Assembly: GCA_963668645.2 (NCBI GenBank)
Contig: CAXXWC010000001.1
Location: 288,001 to 352,000 of the forward strand
Length of the DNA stretch: 64,000 nt
From: Desulfobacterales bacterium
GTDB taxonomy: Bacteria > Desulfobacterota > Desulfobacteria > Desulfobacterales > UBA2174
Direction of reading: 5' to 3'
Positions 6,540 through 15,745 of the stretch are shown here, in pieces. The notes beneath the pieces are model-generated. The model had not been told where the DNA came from. It saw nothing but the letters and a program-made list of their open reading frames with translations, and did not search any database. Position 1 is the first letter of the stretch. Each line of letters opens with the position of its first letter. A program made the translations under genes and the position numbers.

Positions 6540-9494
6540 CTCGACAACATCGAGGTCCTTTGCTTTGGCCTCGTAATCCTTGTAGTCCTCAAGCCATCGA
6601 CTCCGGCACCACTCCCAAACGTTGCCGGCCATGTCCATCGCGCCGCACTCGGCCTTGTCCTTCGGGAAAATACCCACCGCCGAGGTCGAGCCGATCCCTG
6701 CCTCGTCAAAATTGCAACATTCTTGCTTGAACTCGCTCCCCCACGGATAGATCCGCCCGTCCGTGTGCCGCGCCGCACGCTCCCACTGGGCCTCGGTGGG
6801 CAGCGTCACCGCAAACCCCAGTTTCTCGGCCAGCCAATTGCAGTAGGCCATCGCCTCGTACCAGCTAACTCCGACTTGCGGGTGGTTTGGTGTTTCAAAC
6901 CGTTCTCCCCAAGCTTCCGGCCCATCGATCTTTTCTTCTTCTCGCCACTTCCATGCCGTATCGGTCCAGTAACGCTTCTCTCCATAGCCACCCGCCGCCA
7001 CGAACAGCCCGAACTGGGCCACCGTCACCGGATAGCGGGCAATGCGATACGGCACATCAATCAAACGGCACTCGAACTGGGGCAGTTCATCTTTATACGC
7101 ATCATCGTGCTTCCCCTTATCGCTGCCCATGATAAAAGGCCCGGCCGGCATCTCGATCCAGTCGATGTCCGGCACGCCTTCCTTGACTCCCACGCCGGAC
7201 CGAGTATCGCCGAGGGTGCCCAACACCACACCGGCCTCGGCCCGTTCGCGCGGGGAAAGCAGGCCGTTGGACACCAATGTCACCAGACGCTCCTGGAGCC
7301 TGGGCTTGAGGGGAGCGGCCAGTTCCACACGGGCGGCGCGCTCCGGGCCGACTTCCATGTAGCAGAGCCCGGCCAGCCAGACGCGCCGCCAGGCGGCGGC
7401 ATCGTCAAGGAGCGGGTCGGCGCCGGGGCAGAGCCGGTCGATGAGCAGCAGCGGTTTGCCCAGGTCCCCGCCGTGGTGTACCAGCCGCCCTGTGGCCAGC
7501 AGGATTACCTCGCGCCAAAAGGCGGCCTGGCCGGACAGGTTGAAGGTCGTGTCCACGAAATCCGGCAGGTTGCCCAGGTGGCAGGCGGCCAGGTATTCCT
7601 GGAAGGTGCGGTGGGGGAAGGTGTAAATCCCGGGCTTTCTCTCGGGGATCAGGCCTGCACGCAGCTTCATGATCTGGACCATGGATTCTGCCCAGCCCAG
7701 ATCGTTTTGCGGGTGCAGCCGGCGCAGGGTCTTTAACAACACGATCTCGTCGATGTCGGCGGTCCGTTCCTTTTCGCCGTCCGGCTTCATCTGCCCATGG
7801 GCATTGAAGGCCAGTTCCCAGAGGGCACGCTTTAAGTCGATGTCGCTGAGGTCCGCCTGGCGCATCAACTGCCGCAGGCCGGTTTCCCTGTCGTCCTTGA
7901 GGCGCAGATTGACCGCCTCCCAGCGCCACAGGAGGATATCCACCACCTCCTCGTAGAGCAGGGCCCGGGCGTCGGGCAGTTCGCCCTTATGGGTGTGCAC
8001 CAGGGCCATGACGGTGAGCAGCAAGGGATTGCCCGCCATGCGCCACAGATCGGGCCGCCGCACGGCCCCGGCCAGCTTGCCCCTCATGGCGGCGGGATCC
8101 GAAACCACGGCAAGGGCGGCCAACTGGCGGTACCAGGCATCGATGAACCAGTCGATCTTCTCCTTGTCCAGCCGTGCCAGCTCGAATTTGCGCCACGGGG
8201 CGGCGTCGATGCGCCAGCGCGGGTCCTCGTAGCTCATGACCCGGCAGGTGACCAGGACCGGACAGCGGCGGAAGGTCTTTTGCACGTCGACGATCATGGC
8301 CTTGACGGCGTCGAGGATGTCCCCTTCAGCAGCGATTTCGTCCAGTCCGTCGATGAGAAGAAGGCAGCCTCCCGCGTGGAGCGCGGCCTCGAACTCGCCG
8401 GCAATCCCGGCGATACCCTGGCGCACCAGCAGTTGGCGCAGGTAGTCGAGAAAAAGCCCGCTGCTGCCTTTCGGCCTGCCTTTACGGCCGCCCAGCCAGG
8501 CGGCCACCTCCCGCAGCACGATGGGCAGGGGGACGATGTCGCGCCATTTTTCCGGCCATCCGGCAAGGCGGTCGCGCCAATCCTCGCCTGATCCGGTCCG
8601 GTATCGGGCCAGGCAGAGACAAAGATGGTTGACAAAGGTGCTCTTGCCGCTGCCCGGATCGCCCACCAGCACGACGGGCGTGTGGTGGACCAGGGCTTCC
8701 AGGGCCGCCAGCGGCCGGGTGTCCTCTTCCGGCCCGGGCCGGGTGCGCCGTTTGTTCGACGCCTTTTGCCCTTTGTCTTCGGTGCGCGCCGTCGTGTCCA
8801 GGGCGACGTAGACGTCGGCCAGGCGCATCCGATCGGTAGCGCAGGTGCCGGCATCGGCCGTCTTGATGTCGAGCCCGAGAAGCGCCAGGGACCCGCAGTC
8901 ATCGCAGATGCGCTCGAAGTAGGTCCGCCACAGGGGCGACAGGTCCGGGGCCACCTTTTCGGCCAGGCGCGTGACATTGTCGCGGATCTTCTCCTGGGTG
9001 GCCCCCAGGGCGCGGATTCCGTCGGCGATGTCCTTGAGCCGGTGAAGGGCGACCTGGCGGCCGAGTTCGGCGGATTTCTCGGCCTCCTTGCGGAAAGCGT
9101 CCACCAAGTCGCCCAGCACGGCCTGGAACGGGACCCGTCGGGCCAGCCACTCGGCGGGAAATTGCAGTGCGTCGTAGGAGGCCTCAAGGGCGGCGGTATC
9201 CGGTGCGGCGGTAGGATCGAGGAGCACCGCCATCTCGTCGGCCACCTCCTCGCGGGCCAGCCAGGCGGTGTAGATCCTGAGGAAATGCTCGCGGTTGTCC
9301 GCATCCTCGGCAAAGTGCTTTTTGGCCAGGGTATCCAGGGCACGGGCCATGGCGCGGTCCAGGTCCGAGCGGGCGGCGGGCGGTTCGAATTTGCGGCGTA
9401 CCTTGCGGCCCACGGCCTTCATCAGGGCCGTGGTGACCTCGGCGGCGGCACCGCCGAGAAATTCGCTGGCAACAGCGGAGGCGAACGGATCCAT
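6402..9494 (-). CDS. NACHT/STAND NTPase + FGE-sulfatase (CLec-fold) protein with a helical N-terminal domain, DGR target 2
   Basis: Walker A GDPGSGKST, LIDGLDE, VTCR, GNPLLL, FPHRTFQEYLAA. C-terminal FGE domain about 75% identical to gene 1. Start reassigned to ATG 9494 (MDPFAS), which has RBS AGAGGAG. Confidence 0.92.
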   Translation of the reverse strand: MDPFASAVASEFLGGAAAEVTTALMKAVGRKVRRKFEPPAARSDLDRAMARALDTLAKKHFAEDADNREHFLRIYTAWLAREEVADEMAVLLDPTAAPDTAALEASYDALQFPAEWLARRVPFQAVLGDLVDAFRKEAEKSAELGRQVALHRLKDIADGIRALGATQEKIRDNVTRLAEKVAPDLSPLWRTYFERICDDCGSLALLGLDIKTADAGTCATDRMRLADVYVALDTTARTEDKGQKASNKRRTRPGPEEDTRPLAALEALVHHTPVVLVGDPGSGKSTFVNHLCLCLARYRTGSGEDWRDRLAGWPEKWRDIVPLPIVLREVAAWLGGRKGRPKGSSGLFLDYLRQLLVRQGIAGIAGEFEAALHAGGCLLLIDGLDEIAAEGDILDAVKAMIVDVQKTFRRCPVLVTCRVMSYEDPRWRIDAAPWRKFELARLDKEKIDWFIDAWYRQLAALAVVSDPAAMRGKLAGAVRRPDLWRMAGNPLLLTVMALVHTHKGELPDARALLYEEVVDILLWRWEAVNLRLKDDRETGLRQLMRQADLSDIDLKRALWELAFNAHGQMKPDGEKERTADIDEIVLLKTLRRLHPQNDLGWAESMVQIMKLRAGLIPERKPGIYTFPHRTFQEYLAACHLGNLPDFVDTTFNLSGQAAFWREVILLATGRLVHHGGDLGKPLLLIDRLCPGADPLLDDAAAWRRVWLAGLCYMEVGPERAARVELAAPLKPRLQERLVTLVSNGLLSPRERAEAGVVLGTLGDTRSGVGVKEGVPDIDWIEMPAGPFIMGSDKGKHDDAYKDELPQFECRLIDVPYRIARYPVTVAQFGLFVAAGGYGEKRYWTDTAWKWREEEKIDGPEAWGERFETPNHPQVGVSWYEAMAYCNWLAEKLGFAVTLPTEAQWERAARHTDGRIYPWGSEFKQECCNFDEAGIGSTSAVGIFPKDKAECGAMDMAGNVWEWCRSRWLEDYKDYEAKAKDLDVVEGDAARVLRGGCFYFIRRFVRCAVRYYHSPDYRDFITGFRPAAPGL

Positions 9495-9692
9495 GGCAGG
9501 TGCTCCTCTCTGCCCATGGCGGTCGCCGGTGCACAAACGCCGGTCGCCGGGGGCAGCGGCCTGAAGCCGGCGTTCATCGGCGATGGCCGGGAACGGCGGC
9601 TTTGTTACGGATCGTGCGACAAACGGTCCTGGCGAAAGCAAAAACGGTCTGGAGATAAATCGTTCGACGGACTGATGAAAGGATCAGCAGGC

Positions 9693-9721
9693 AGGGTAAA
9701 CGATGGCTGCAAGGCTGTCAA
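9693..9721 (-). promoter_or_regulatory. Putative sigma70 promoter for the NACHT-FGE/RT-fragment unit
   Basis: Minus strand TTGACA-N17-TACCCT, ~200 nt upstream of the 9494 start. Confidence 0.6.
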
Positions 9722-9930
9722 TGCGTTCCGATGGATTCACAACGGCCCTGTCAAAGGCCTGCGATGAGATCATAGAGAGGATTTTTGTCTTGCCGGTCTT
9801 CCTGACTGCAGATCCCTCGTCGTGCCTCCTCGGGATGACAACCTCTCTCCCGCGTCATTCCGAACGGAAGTGAGGAATCTGCAAGTTGCGCAGATCGGCA
9901 GGAAATGGTGGCAAGTCAAAAAGCTGACCC
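9717..9930. repeat. Right copy of the direct repeat flanking the island, with a REP-like hairpin at 9807-9883
   Basis: Colinear with 2760-3017. Inverted arms tgcagatccctc/gaggaatctgca and cgggatgac/gtcattccg. Confidence 0.9.
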
Positions 9931-9961
9931 CGACTTTAACGGGACCCCGAAGCGCCGCCTT

Positions 9962-11158
9962 TCAGCCCTTTTCGGAAGGGGCGTCCACGTGGCCCATCAG
10001 CATGAGCAGAATGAGCAGGATCAGGTAGAGGCCGGCGCCGACGAAGTAAATGGCGCGCAGCCCGTAGCCCGAGGCTACCAGGCCGCTGATCAGCGGGGCG
10101 GCGACCCAGCCGATGGAGCGGGCCGTGGCGGCCCAGCCGAAAACCGCCCCGCGGCGCTCGGCGGCCGTGACCCGGGCCAGCCAGGTCTGGAGCACCGGTT
10201 CGATCCCCCCGCCGCAAAAGGCCATGGCGAAGCGGGCCGGGAAAAGAGCGGCAAAACCGCCGGCCAGTCCCTGGGGGATCATGAACAGCCCGGCCCCGAT
10301 GATCGAAACCCGGGCGATGCCCACCGGTGAGAAGCGGTCGGCCAGCCAGCCGAAAACCGGAGCGGAAAGGAAGCCGGCCACGGCAGCCACGGCCGATACG
10401 GCCCCGGTCCAGAAGGCCGCTCCGGCGATGCCGCCGTTGATATCCTGGACCAGCAGGGGGAACAGGGCGTTATCGAACTGGCGGCAAAAGGCCATGGCCA
10501 CGATGAGCAACAGCAGCGGAATCGCCCCGCCAAGGGCCAGGCGCGCGGCCGGCAGCGACCGTTCTCGTTCCGAGGCCGCAGGCCGCACGAAATCCTCGCG
10601 GCTGCCGAACAGCACCAGCAGCCCGGCGATCAGAAGCAGCAGGCTGGCGGCCCAGAAGGCGTGGCGGTAGCCGAAATGATCGGCAAAGATGCCGCCGGCA
10701 AAGGTGCCGACCATCGAACCGGAATAGACCGCGGCGCTCAGGGCCCCCAGGGCCGTGCCGTTGCGGTTGGCCGGTGTGGCGGAAAGCACCATGGCCTGGG
10801 CCGCGGTGACCGTGCCGGAAAGCAGCCCCTGGAAAAGCCGCAGGATCACGAGGGCCTCCACACTGTGAACCATGCCCATGAGGGCCAGGATGGAGGCGGC
10901 GCCGAAGTTTGCCCTGAGCAGCATCATGCGCCGGCCGTAGCGGTCGGCCAGAACCCCCCAGATGGGCGAAAAAATAGCCAGGCTCAACGGGGCCGCCGCG
11001 CCGAAGAGCGCCACCCACATCTTGAGGCTCACCGGATCGTGCACCCCCAGGTCCTGGATGTAAAACGGGGCAAAGGGCATGGCAAAGAAAAAGCCCATGA
11101 TCGAAAGAAACTGCGAGGCCCAGACCACCGCCAGATTACGCTTCCAATTAACCATCAT
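9962..11158 (-). CDS. MFS transporter (DHA1/MdtG-like)
   Basis: About 12 hydrophobic segments, WGVLADRYGRR motif A, NWKRNLAVVW start. Start codon approximate. Confidence 0.88.
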   Translation of the reverse strand: MMVNWKRNLAVVWASQFLSIMGFFFAMPFAPFYIQDLGVHDPVSLKMWVALFGAAAPLSLAIFSPIWGVLADRYGRRMMLLRANFGAASILALMGMVHSVEALVILRLFQGLLSGTVTAAQAMVLSATPANRNGTALGALSAAVYSGSMVGTFAGGIFADHFGYRHAFWAASLLLLIAGLLVLFGSREDFVRPAASERERSLPAARLALGGAIPLLLLIVAMAFCRQFDNALFPLLVQDINGGIAGAAFWTGAVSAVAAVAGFLSAPVFGWLADRFSPVGIARVSIIGAGLFMIPQGLAGGFAALFPARFAMAFCGGGIEPVLQTWLARVTAAERRGAVFGWAATARSIGWVAAPLISGLVASGYGLRAIYFVGAGLYLILLILLMLMGHVDAPSEKG

Positions 11159-11618
11159 CCTCACCGCCGATACAGACACCAAGGGCCGGCAGCGGGCACG
11201 ATGCCAGCGGCCGGCCCTGATTATTCAGGGGCTATGGGATAGCACTTTCCTTCTGGCTGATCAACGCGGCTTATGCAAACTGAGTTTGCGTCTTGCGGCA
11301 GCCGGGTCGTCCGCAAGCATCGTGCGTCCTTCCGCTCCCTGGGAGCGCCGGGCCCCAGCCCGGCATTCTTCTCCGTTCGCCACATAGGTTCCAAGGCTTA
11401 CCCTGTTTTTCAAATATTTCAATTTTCATGTGTCTTTTCAATGCTATCTACCAACACCCCGAACCGGCCGGCAGCCTTCCGGGTGGTCCCGGCACAGCGA
11501 CCGGAATTACTGCGGCAATCGCCGCTTCGCTTTCCATTTGAACAAAAATATCATAGAGATTACGGATTTGATAAAAGATTCGCAGCAATGACGCTAACCC
11601 AGCAGTTGGAGTGCAAAC

Positions 11619-14600
11619 ATGAAGCCGATCCCGCGCCCGGCGCCTATGGCCAATGTCGCCGGTGAACCGAGTCTTTCCTACAAGCTTTTTCACGAATTGA
11701 TGGCGCGCAAGGTGGCCGACATCCTTCTGGTATCCAGCCCCTACGACGCTTTTATCATGGAGGAAGAAGGCCGTCTGGCCGAGCGCATCATCCTCGAATA
11801 CAGGGGCTTGAACCTGTCCCGTCCGCCCCGCCTGACCTGGGTTTCCACCGCCCAGGAGGCCATCTCGGCATTGGCCGAGAAAAAATTCGACCTGGTGATC
11901 ACCATGCCCCAGGTGGACGACATGGATGCCAACGATCTCGGGCGTACCCTCAAGTCGCGGGCTCCGGACCTGCCGGTCTTCATGCTCGGCCACACCAGCC
12001 ACCAGGCCATGCGCGACACTCAGGGGACCGAATCGAGCGGCATCGACAAACGCTTCGTCTGGCTGGGCAACTGCGACCTGCTGCTGGCCTTGGTCAAAAG
12101 CGTCGAAGACCGCTGGAACATCGCCTACGACACCCGGCGGGCCCAGGTGCGGGTCATCATCATCGTGGAAGACTCGCCGCTTTACGCCTCATCCCTGCTG
12201 CCGATGCTCTATAAGGAGATCGTCGGCCAGACCCAGCGGGTCATGGACGAATCGCTCAATGACGAGCACCGCCTTTTCCGCATGCGCGGCCGGCCCAAGA
12301 TCGTCACCGCCGAGACCTATGAGGAAGCCCTGACGCTCTGGGAACGCTACAAGCCTTACCTGCTGTGTGTCATCTCGGATGTGCGCTTTTCACGGACCGG
12401 TAAAATCGACCCCGAGGCAGGCTTTACACTGCTGAAAAAAATCCATGCCGAACGCCCGGACCTGCCGCTGCTCAACCTGAGCAGCGATGAAGAGAACCGG
12501 GCTTTGGCCGAGGCGGTACCGGCGGTTTTCTGCAACAAGAACTCATCGACCCTGATGGCCGAAATCCGCGATTTTTTTATTCAGCATTGCGGGTTCGGCC
12601 CCTTCGTCTTCCGCGATGAAGCCGGCAACGAGGTCGGCCGCGCCGAGAACCTGCGGGCCATGGAAAAGGTGCTCGCCCAAATCCCCGACGCCGTGGTCCG
12701 GGCCCATGCCGGCCGCAACGATTTTTCAAGCTGGCTCATGGCCCGCGGCGAAATCCTGCTCGCCACCCATCTGCGGCCCATCGCGGTGGACGACTTCGCC
12801 TCCATCGACGGCCTCAAACGCTACCTGATCGAATGCATCCGGTATCGACGCAAGGGGCTTCAGCGCGGGGTGATCACCGAAATGGGCGCCGCCGGCTACG
12901 ATCCGGATGTCGATTTCGTCAAGGTTGGCAAGGGCTCCCTGGGCGGCAAGGCCCGGGGCCTGGCATTCATCTCCACCCAGATGCAGGGCATGGAGCGGCT
13001 CCAGAAGCATTTCACCAGTATGGATATCCGGATTCCCAAGACGCTGGTAATATCCACCGAAGGATTCGATGCCTTCCTTGCGGAAAACGAAATCACGGGA
13101 ATGGCCGACTGCGATCTGGAAGACGATTCCATCAGCGCGCGTTTTGCCGCCGCCAGACTTCCGGACTGGGTCGAAAAGGCCCTGGCGGCCTTTTTAGAAC
13201 AGGCCGACTACCCCTTGGCGGTGCGCTCTTCGAGTCTTTTGGAAGACGCCCTCTTCCAGCCTTTTGCCGGCATCTACCACACCTACATGCTGCCCAACTG
13301 CCACCCGGACCCGTCCCAGCGCCTGGAGCGCCTGGGGCAGGCCGTGCGCCAGGTCTATGCCTCGACGTTCATGCGCCGGTCGCGGGCCTATGCCCGCAGC
13401 ACCATGCACCGCACCGAGGACGAAAAGATGGCGGTGATCGTCCAGCAGCTCATCGGACGGCGCTGCGGCGACTATTTTTACCCCGGATTGTCCGGCGTGG
13501 CACGCTCGTTGAATCACTATCCGGTCGGCCCCATGCGTTCCCAGGACGGGATCGCGGTCATCGCCCTGGGGTTGGGCAAAACCGTGGTCGACGGCGGCCA
13601 GGCCCTGCGCTTCTCCCCCCCCTACCCCCAGTATCTGCCCCAGTTTTCCAACGTGGAGGACATCCTGGCCAACGCCCAGCGGCGCTTTTACGCCCTGCAC
13701 ATGGATGACTTTCCCGAGATCCTGACCGGCGATGACAGCACCCTGGTGAGCCTGGAAGTGGATCAGGCGGCCGACCATCCGGCGGTGCGCTACCTGGCCA
13801 GCAGTTACAGCCCGGCCGACCACCGCATCCGTGACGGTATGGGCGGCCGCGACAACTTTCCGGTCATCACCTGCGCCCGGCTGCTCAAGTACCGCGAGTT
13901 CCCCTTGCCCGAACTGATCGGCGATTGCCTCGAACTGGGCCGCCGGGGCATGGGCGGCCCGGTGGAGATCGAGTTTGCCGTCAATCTTCCCGCAGAGCCG
14001 GACCTGCGGCCGGAATTCGTCCTGCTCCAGATCCGGCCCATGGGTACGGGACGGGGGGGGCAGGAGGTGCAGATTACGCCGCAAGACATCGAAAAAGCCT
14101 TTTGCCATTCGAGCCAGGCCCTTGGAAACGGGCAGATCGACACCATCTCCGACATCGTCTATGTGCGTCCAAAGACCTTCGATCCGGCCCGCACGGTGGA
14201 AATCGCCGCCCAGATCGGTCTGCTCAACGGCCGGCTGGCCGCCGAAAATCGCTCCTATCTGCTCATCGGCCCGGGCCGCTGGGGCACGGCCGACCGCTGG
14301 CTCGGCATCCCCGTGGACTGGCACCAGATCTCCGCCGTGGGCGCCATCGTGGAAACTCGCCTGGACAACCTCAAACCAGACCCGAGCCAGGGATCGCATT
14401 TCTTTCACAACATCACCAGCCTGGGGATCGGCTACGTCACCGTGGCCGACAGCGACCAGGGCCGCATCGACTGGTCCTGGCTGGAATCCCGGCCGGCGGT
14501 GGAAGAAACGGCCTTCCTGCGCCATTTGAGGTTCGAAGAGCCGCTGACGATCAAGATCGACGGCACATCGTCCCAGGGGGTGATGATCGCTGGGCGGCAG

Positions 14601-14621
14601 GATTCAACTGAAGGGCTCTGA
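11619..14621 (+). CDS. Receiver-like domains fused to a PEP/pyruvate-binding (PEP synthase/PPDK N-terminal ATP-grasp) domain
   Basis: ILLVSSPYDAFIMEEEG and IIIVEDS receiver-like segments. GSLGGKARGL, PLAVRSSSLLED, FAGIY, EKMAVIVQ, GLGKTVVDG, VEIEFA, LLQIRPM, PSQGSHFFHNITS. Confidence 0.85.
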   Translation: MKPIPRPAPMANVAGEPSLSYKLFHELMARKVADILLVSSPYDAFIMEEEGRLAERIILEYRGLNLSRPPRLTWVSTAQEAISALAEKKFDLVITMPQVDDMDANDLGRTLKSRAPDLPVFMLGHTSHQAMRDTQGTESSGIDKRFVWLGNCDLLLALVKSVEDRWNIAYDTRRAQVRVIIIVEDSPLYASSLLPMLYKEIVGQTQRVMDESLNDEHRLFRMRGRPKIVTAETYEEALTLWERYKPYLLCVISDVRFSRTGKIDPEAGFTLLKKIHAERPDLPLLNLSSDEENRALAEAVPAVFCNKNSSTLMAEIRDFFIQHCGFGPFVFRDEAGNEVGRAENLRAMEKVLAQIPDAVVRAHAGRNDFSSWLMARGEILLATHLRPIAVDDFASIDGLKRYLIECIRYRRKGLQRGVITEMGAAGYDPDVDFVKVGKGSLGGKARGLAFISTQMQGMERLQKHFTSMDIRIPKTLVISTEGFDAFLAENEITGMADCDLEDDSISARFAAARLPDWVEKALAAFLEQADYPLAVRSSSLLEDALFQPFAGIYHTYMLPNCHPDPSQRLERLGQAVRQVYASTFMRRSRAYARSTMHRTEDEKMAVIVQQLIGRRCGDYFYPGLSGVARSLNHYPVGPMRSQDGIAVIALGLGKTVVDGGQALRFSPPYPQYLPQFSNVEDILANAQRRFYALHMDDFPEILTGDDSTLVSLEVDQAADHPAVRYLASSYSPADHRIRDGMGGRDNFPVITCARLLKYREFPLPELIGDCLELGRRGMGGPVEIEFAVNLPAEPDLRPEFVLLQIRPMGTGRGGQEVQITPQDIEKAFCHSSQALGNGQIDTISDIVYVRPKTFDPARTVEIAAQIGLLNGRLAAENRSYLLIGPGRWGTADRWLGIPVDWHQISAVGAIVETRLDNLKPDPSQGSHFFHNITSLGIGYVTVADSDQGRIDWSWLESRPAVEETAFLRHLRFEEPLTIKIDGTSSQGVMIAGRQDSTEGL

Positions 14622-14679
14622 AACCGTTGTCAGACAAGTCCGGTGAATGTGGCCTGTCCGGACGGCCTGCGGGACATCT

Positions 14680-15612
14680 TCAAAGATCACTTCCTTGGAG
14701 AAATGCCTCGATCTGCGTCAGCAGCAGATCGAGGTCCTGCGGGGCCGTCCAGCGGATCTCGGGGTCGGCCCGAAACCAGGTGAACTGGCGCTTGGCAAAG
14801 CGGCGCGTATCGCGTTTGAGGGTGGCCACGGCCTCCTGCAATTCCATGTGCCCGCCCAGCCAGGCGCACATGTGGCGGTAGCCCAAAGACTGCATCGACT
14901 TTAAATCCGGGCTGTAGCCGCGCGCGAGCAGGCCGCGCACCTCGGCTTCCAATCCTTGTGCCAGCATCGTATCGACCCGCTCTTCGATCCGGGCATAGAG
15001 GGTTTCGCGGTCCATCTCCAGACCGATCTTGAAGCAAAGATAGGGCGTATCGGCAAAGCCGTGGCGCCGATGGTGTTCACTCATGGGGCGGCCGCTGAGG
15101 CCATGGACTTCCAGCGCCCGCACGATGCGCAGCGCATCGTTGGGATGCAACCGGTCCGCCGTAGCCGGATCCACCTCTGCCAGCCGCCGATGAAGGGCCG
15201 CGGAGCCGAGAACCGCCACCTCCTCTGCCAGGCGCTGGCGCAGCTGCGGATCGGACGGGGCTTCGCGTGCCAGTCCATAAAGCAAGGCCTTGATATAGAG
15301 GCCCGTTCCGCCGGCGACGATGGGCACCCGGCCCCGGGACAAAATATCCGCGATGGCGCTGCGGCCCGAACGGGCAAAGCAGGCTGCATCAAATGGCGCA
15401 TCCGGATCGACCACGTCCACCAGGTGGTGCCTGGCCAGGGCCTGCTCGGCGGCCGTGGGCTTGGCCGTGCCGATATCCATGTAGCGGTAGACCTGCATGG
15501 AATCGGCGTTGACGATCTCGCCGCCGAAGCGCCGGGCCAGGTCGATGGCGGTGCGGGTCTTGCCGGCGGCGGTAGGGCCGCATACGACGATGATAAGGGG
15601 TTTGGCCGCCAA
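14680..15612 (-). CDS. miaA: tRNA (adenosine(37)-N6)-dimethylallyltransferase
   Basis: GPTAAGKT, NADSMQVYRYMDIGTAKP, GGTGLY, FAKRQFTWFR. TTG start at 15612 with RBS GAGGAG. Confidence 0.97.
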   Translation of the reverse strand: MAAKPLIIVVCGPTAAGKTRTAIDLARRFGGEIVNADSMQVYRYMDIGTAKPTAAEQALARHHLVDVVDPDAPFDAACFARSGRSAIADILSRGRVPIVAGGTGLYIKALLYGLAREAPSDPQLRQRLAEEVAVLGSAALHRRLAEVDPATADRLHPNDALRIVRALEVHGLSGRPMSEHHRRHGFADTPYLCFKIGLEMDRETLYARIEERVDTMLAQGLEAEVRGLLARGYSPDLKSMQSLGYRHMCAWLGGHMELQEAVATLKRDTRRFAKRQFTWFRADPEIRWTAPQDLDLLLTQIEAFLQGSDL

Positions 15613-15745
15613 CGGATCTCCTCGCTGTGAAAACGCCTTTATCCCGGTTTGAGGCGCGGTTGATGAAAACAAGAGGCTTTGTAGCCGGCGGCAACTATGC
15701 TATGCAAGCAAAAAGGATCGATCGGGTCGGCAAACCGGAGGGGCC

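Noticed and set aside
9495..9641. N-terminal extension of the 1079-aa ORF
   Set aside because: TTG start and non-protein-like sequence; a strong RBS precedes ATG 9494.
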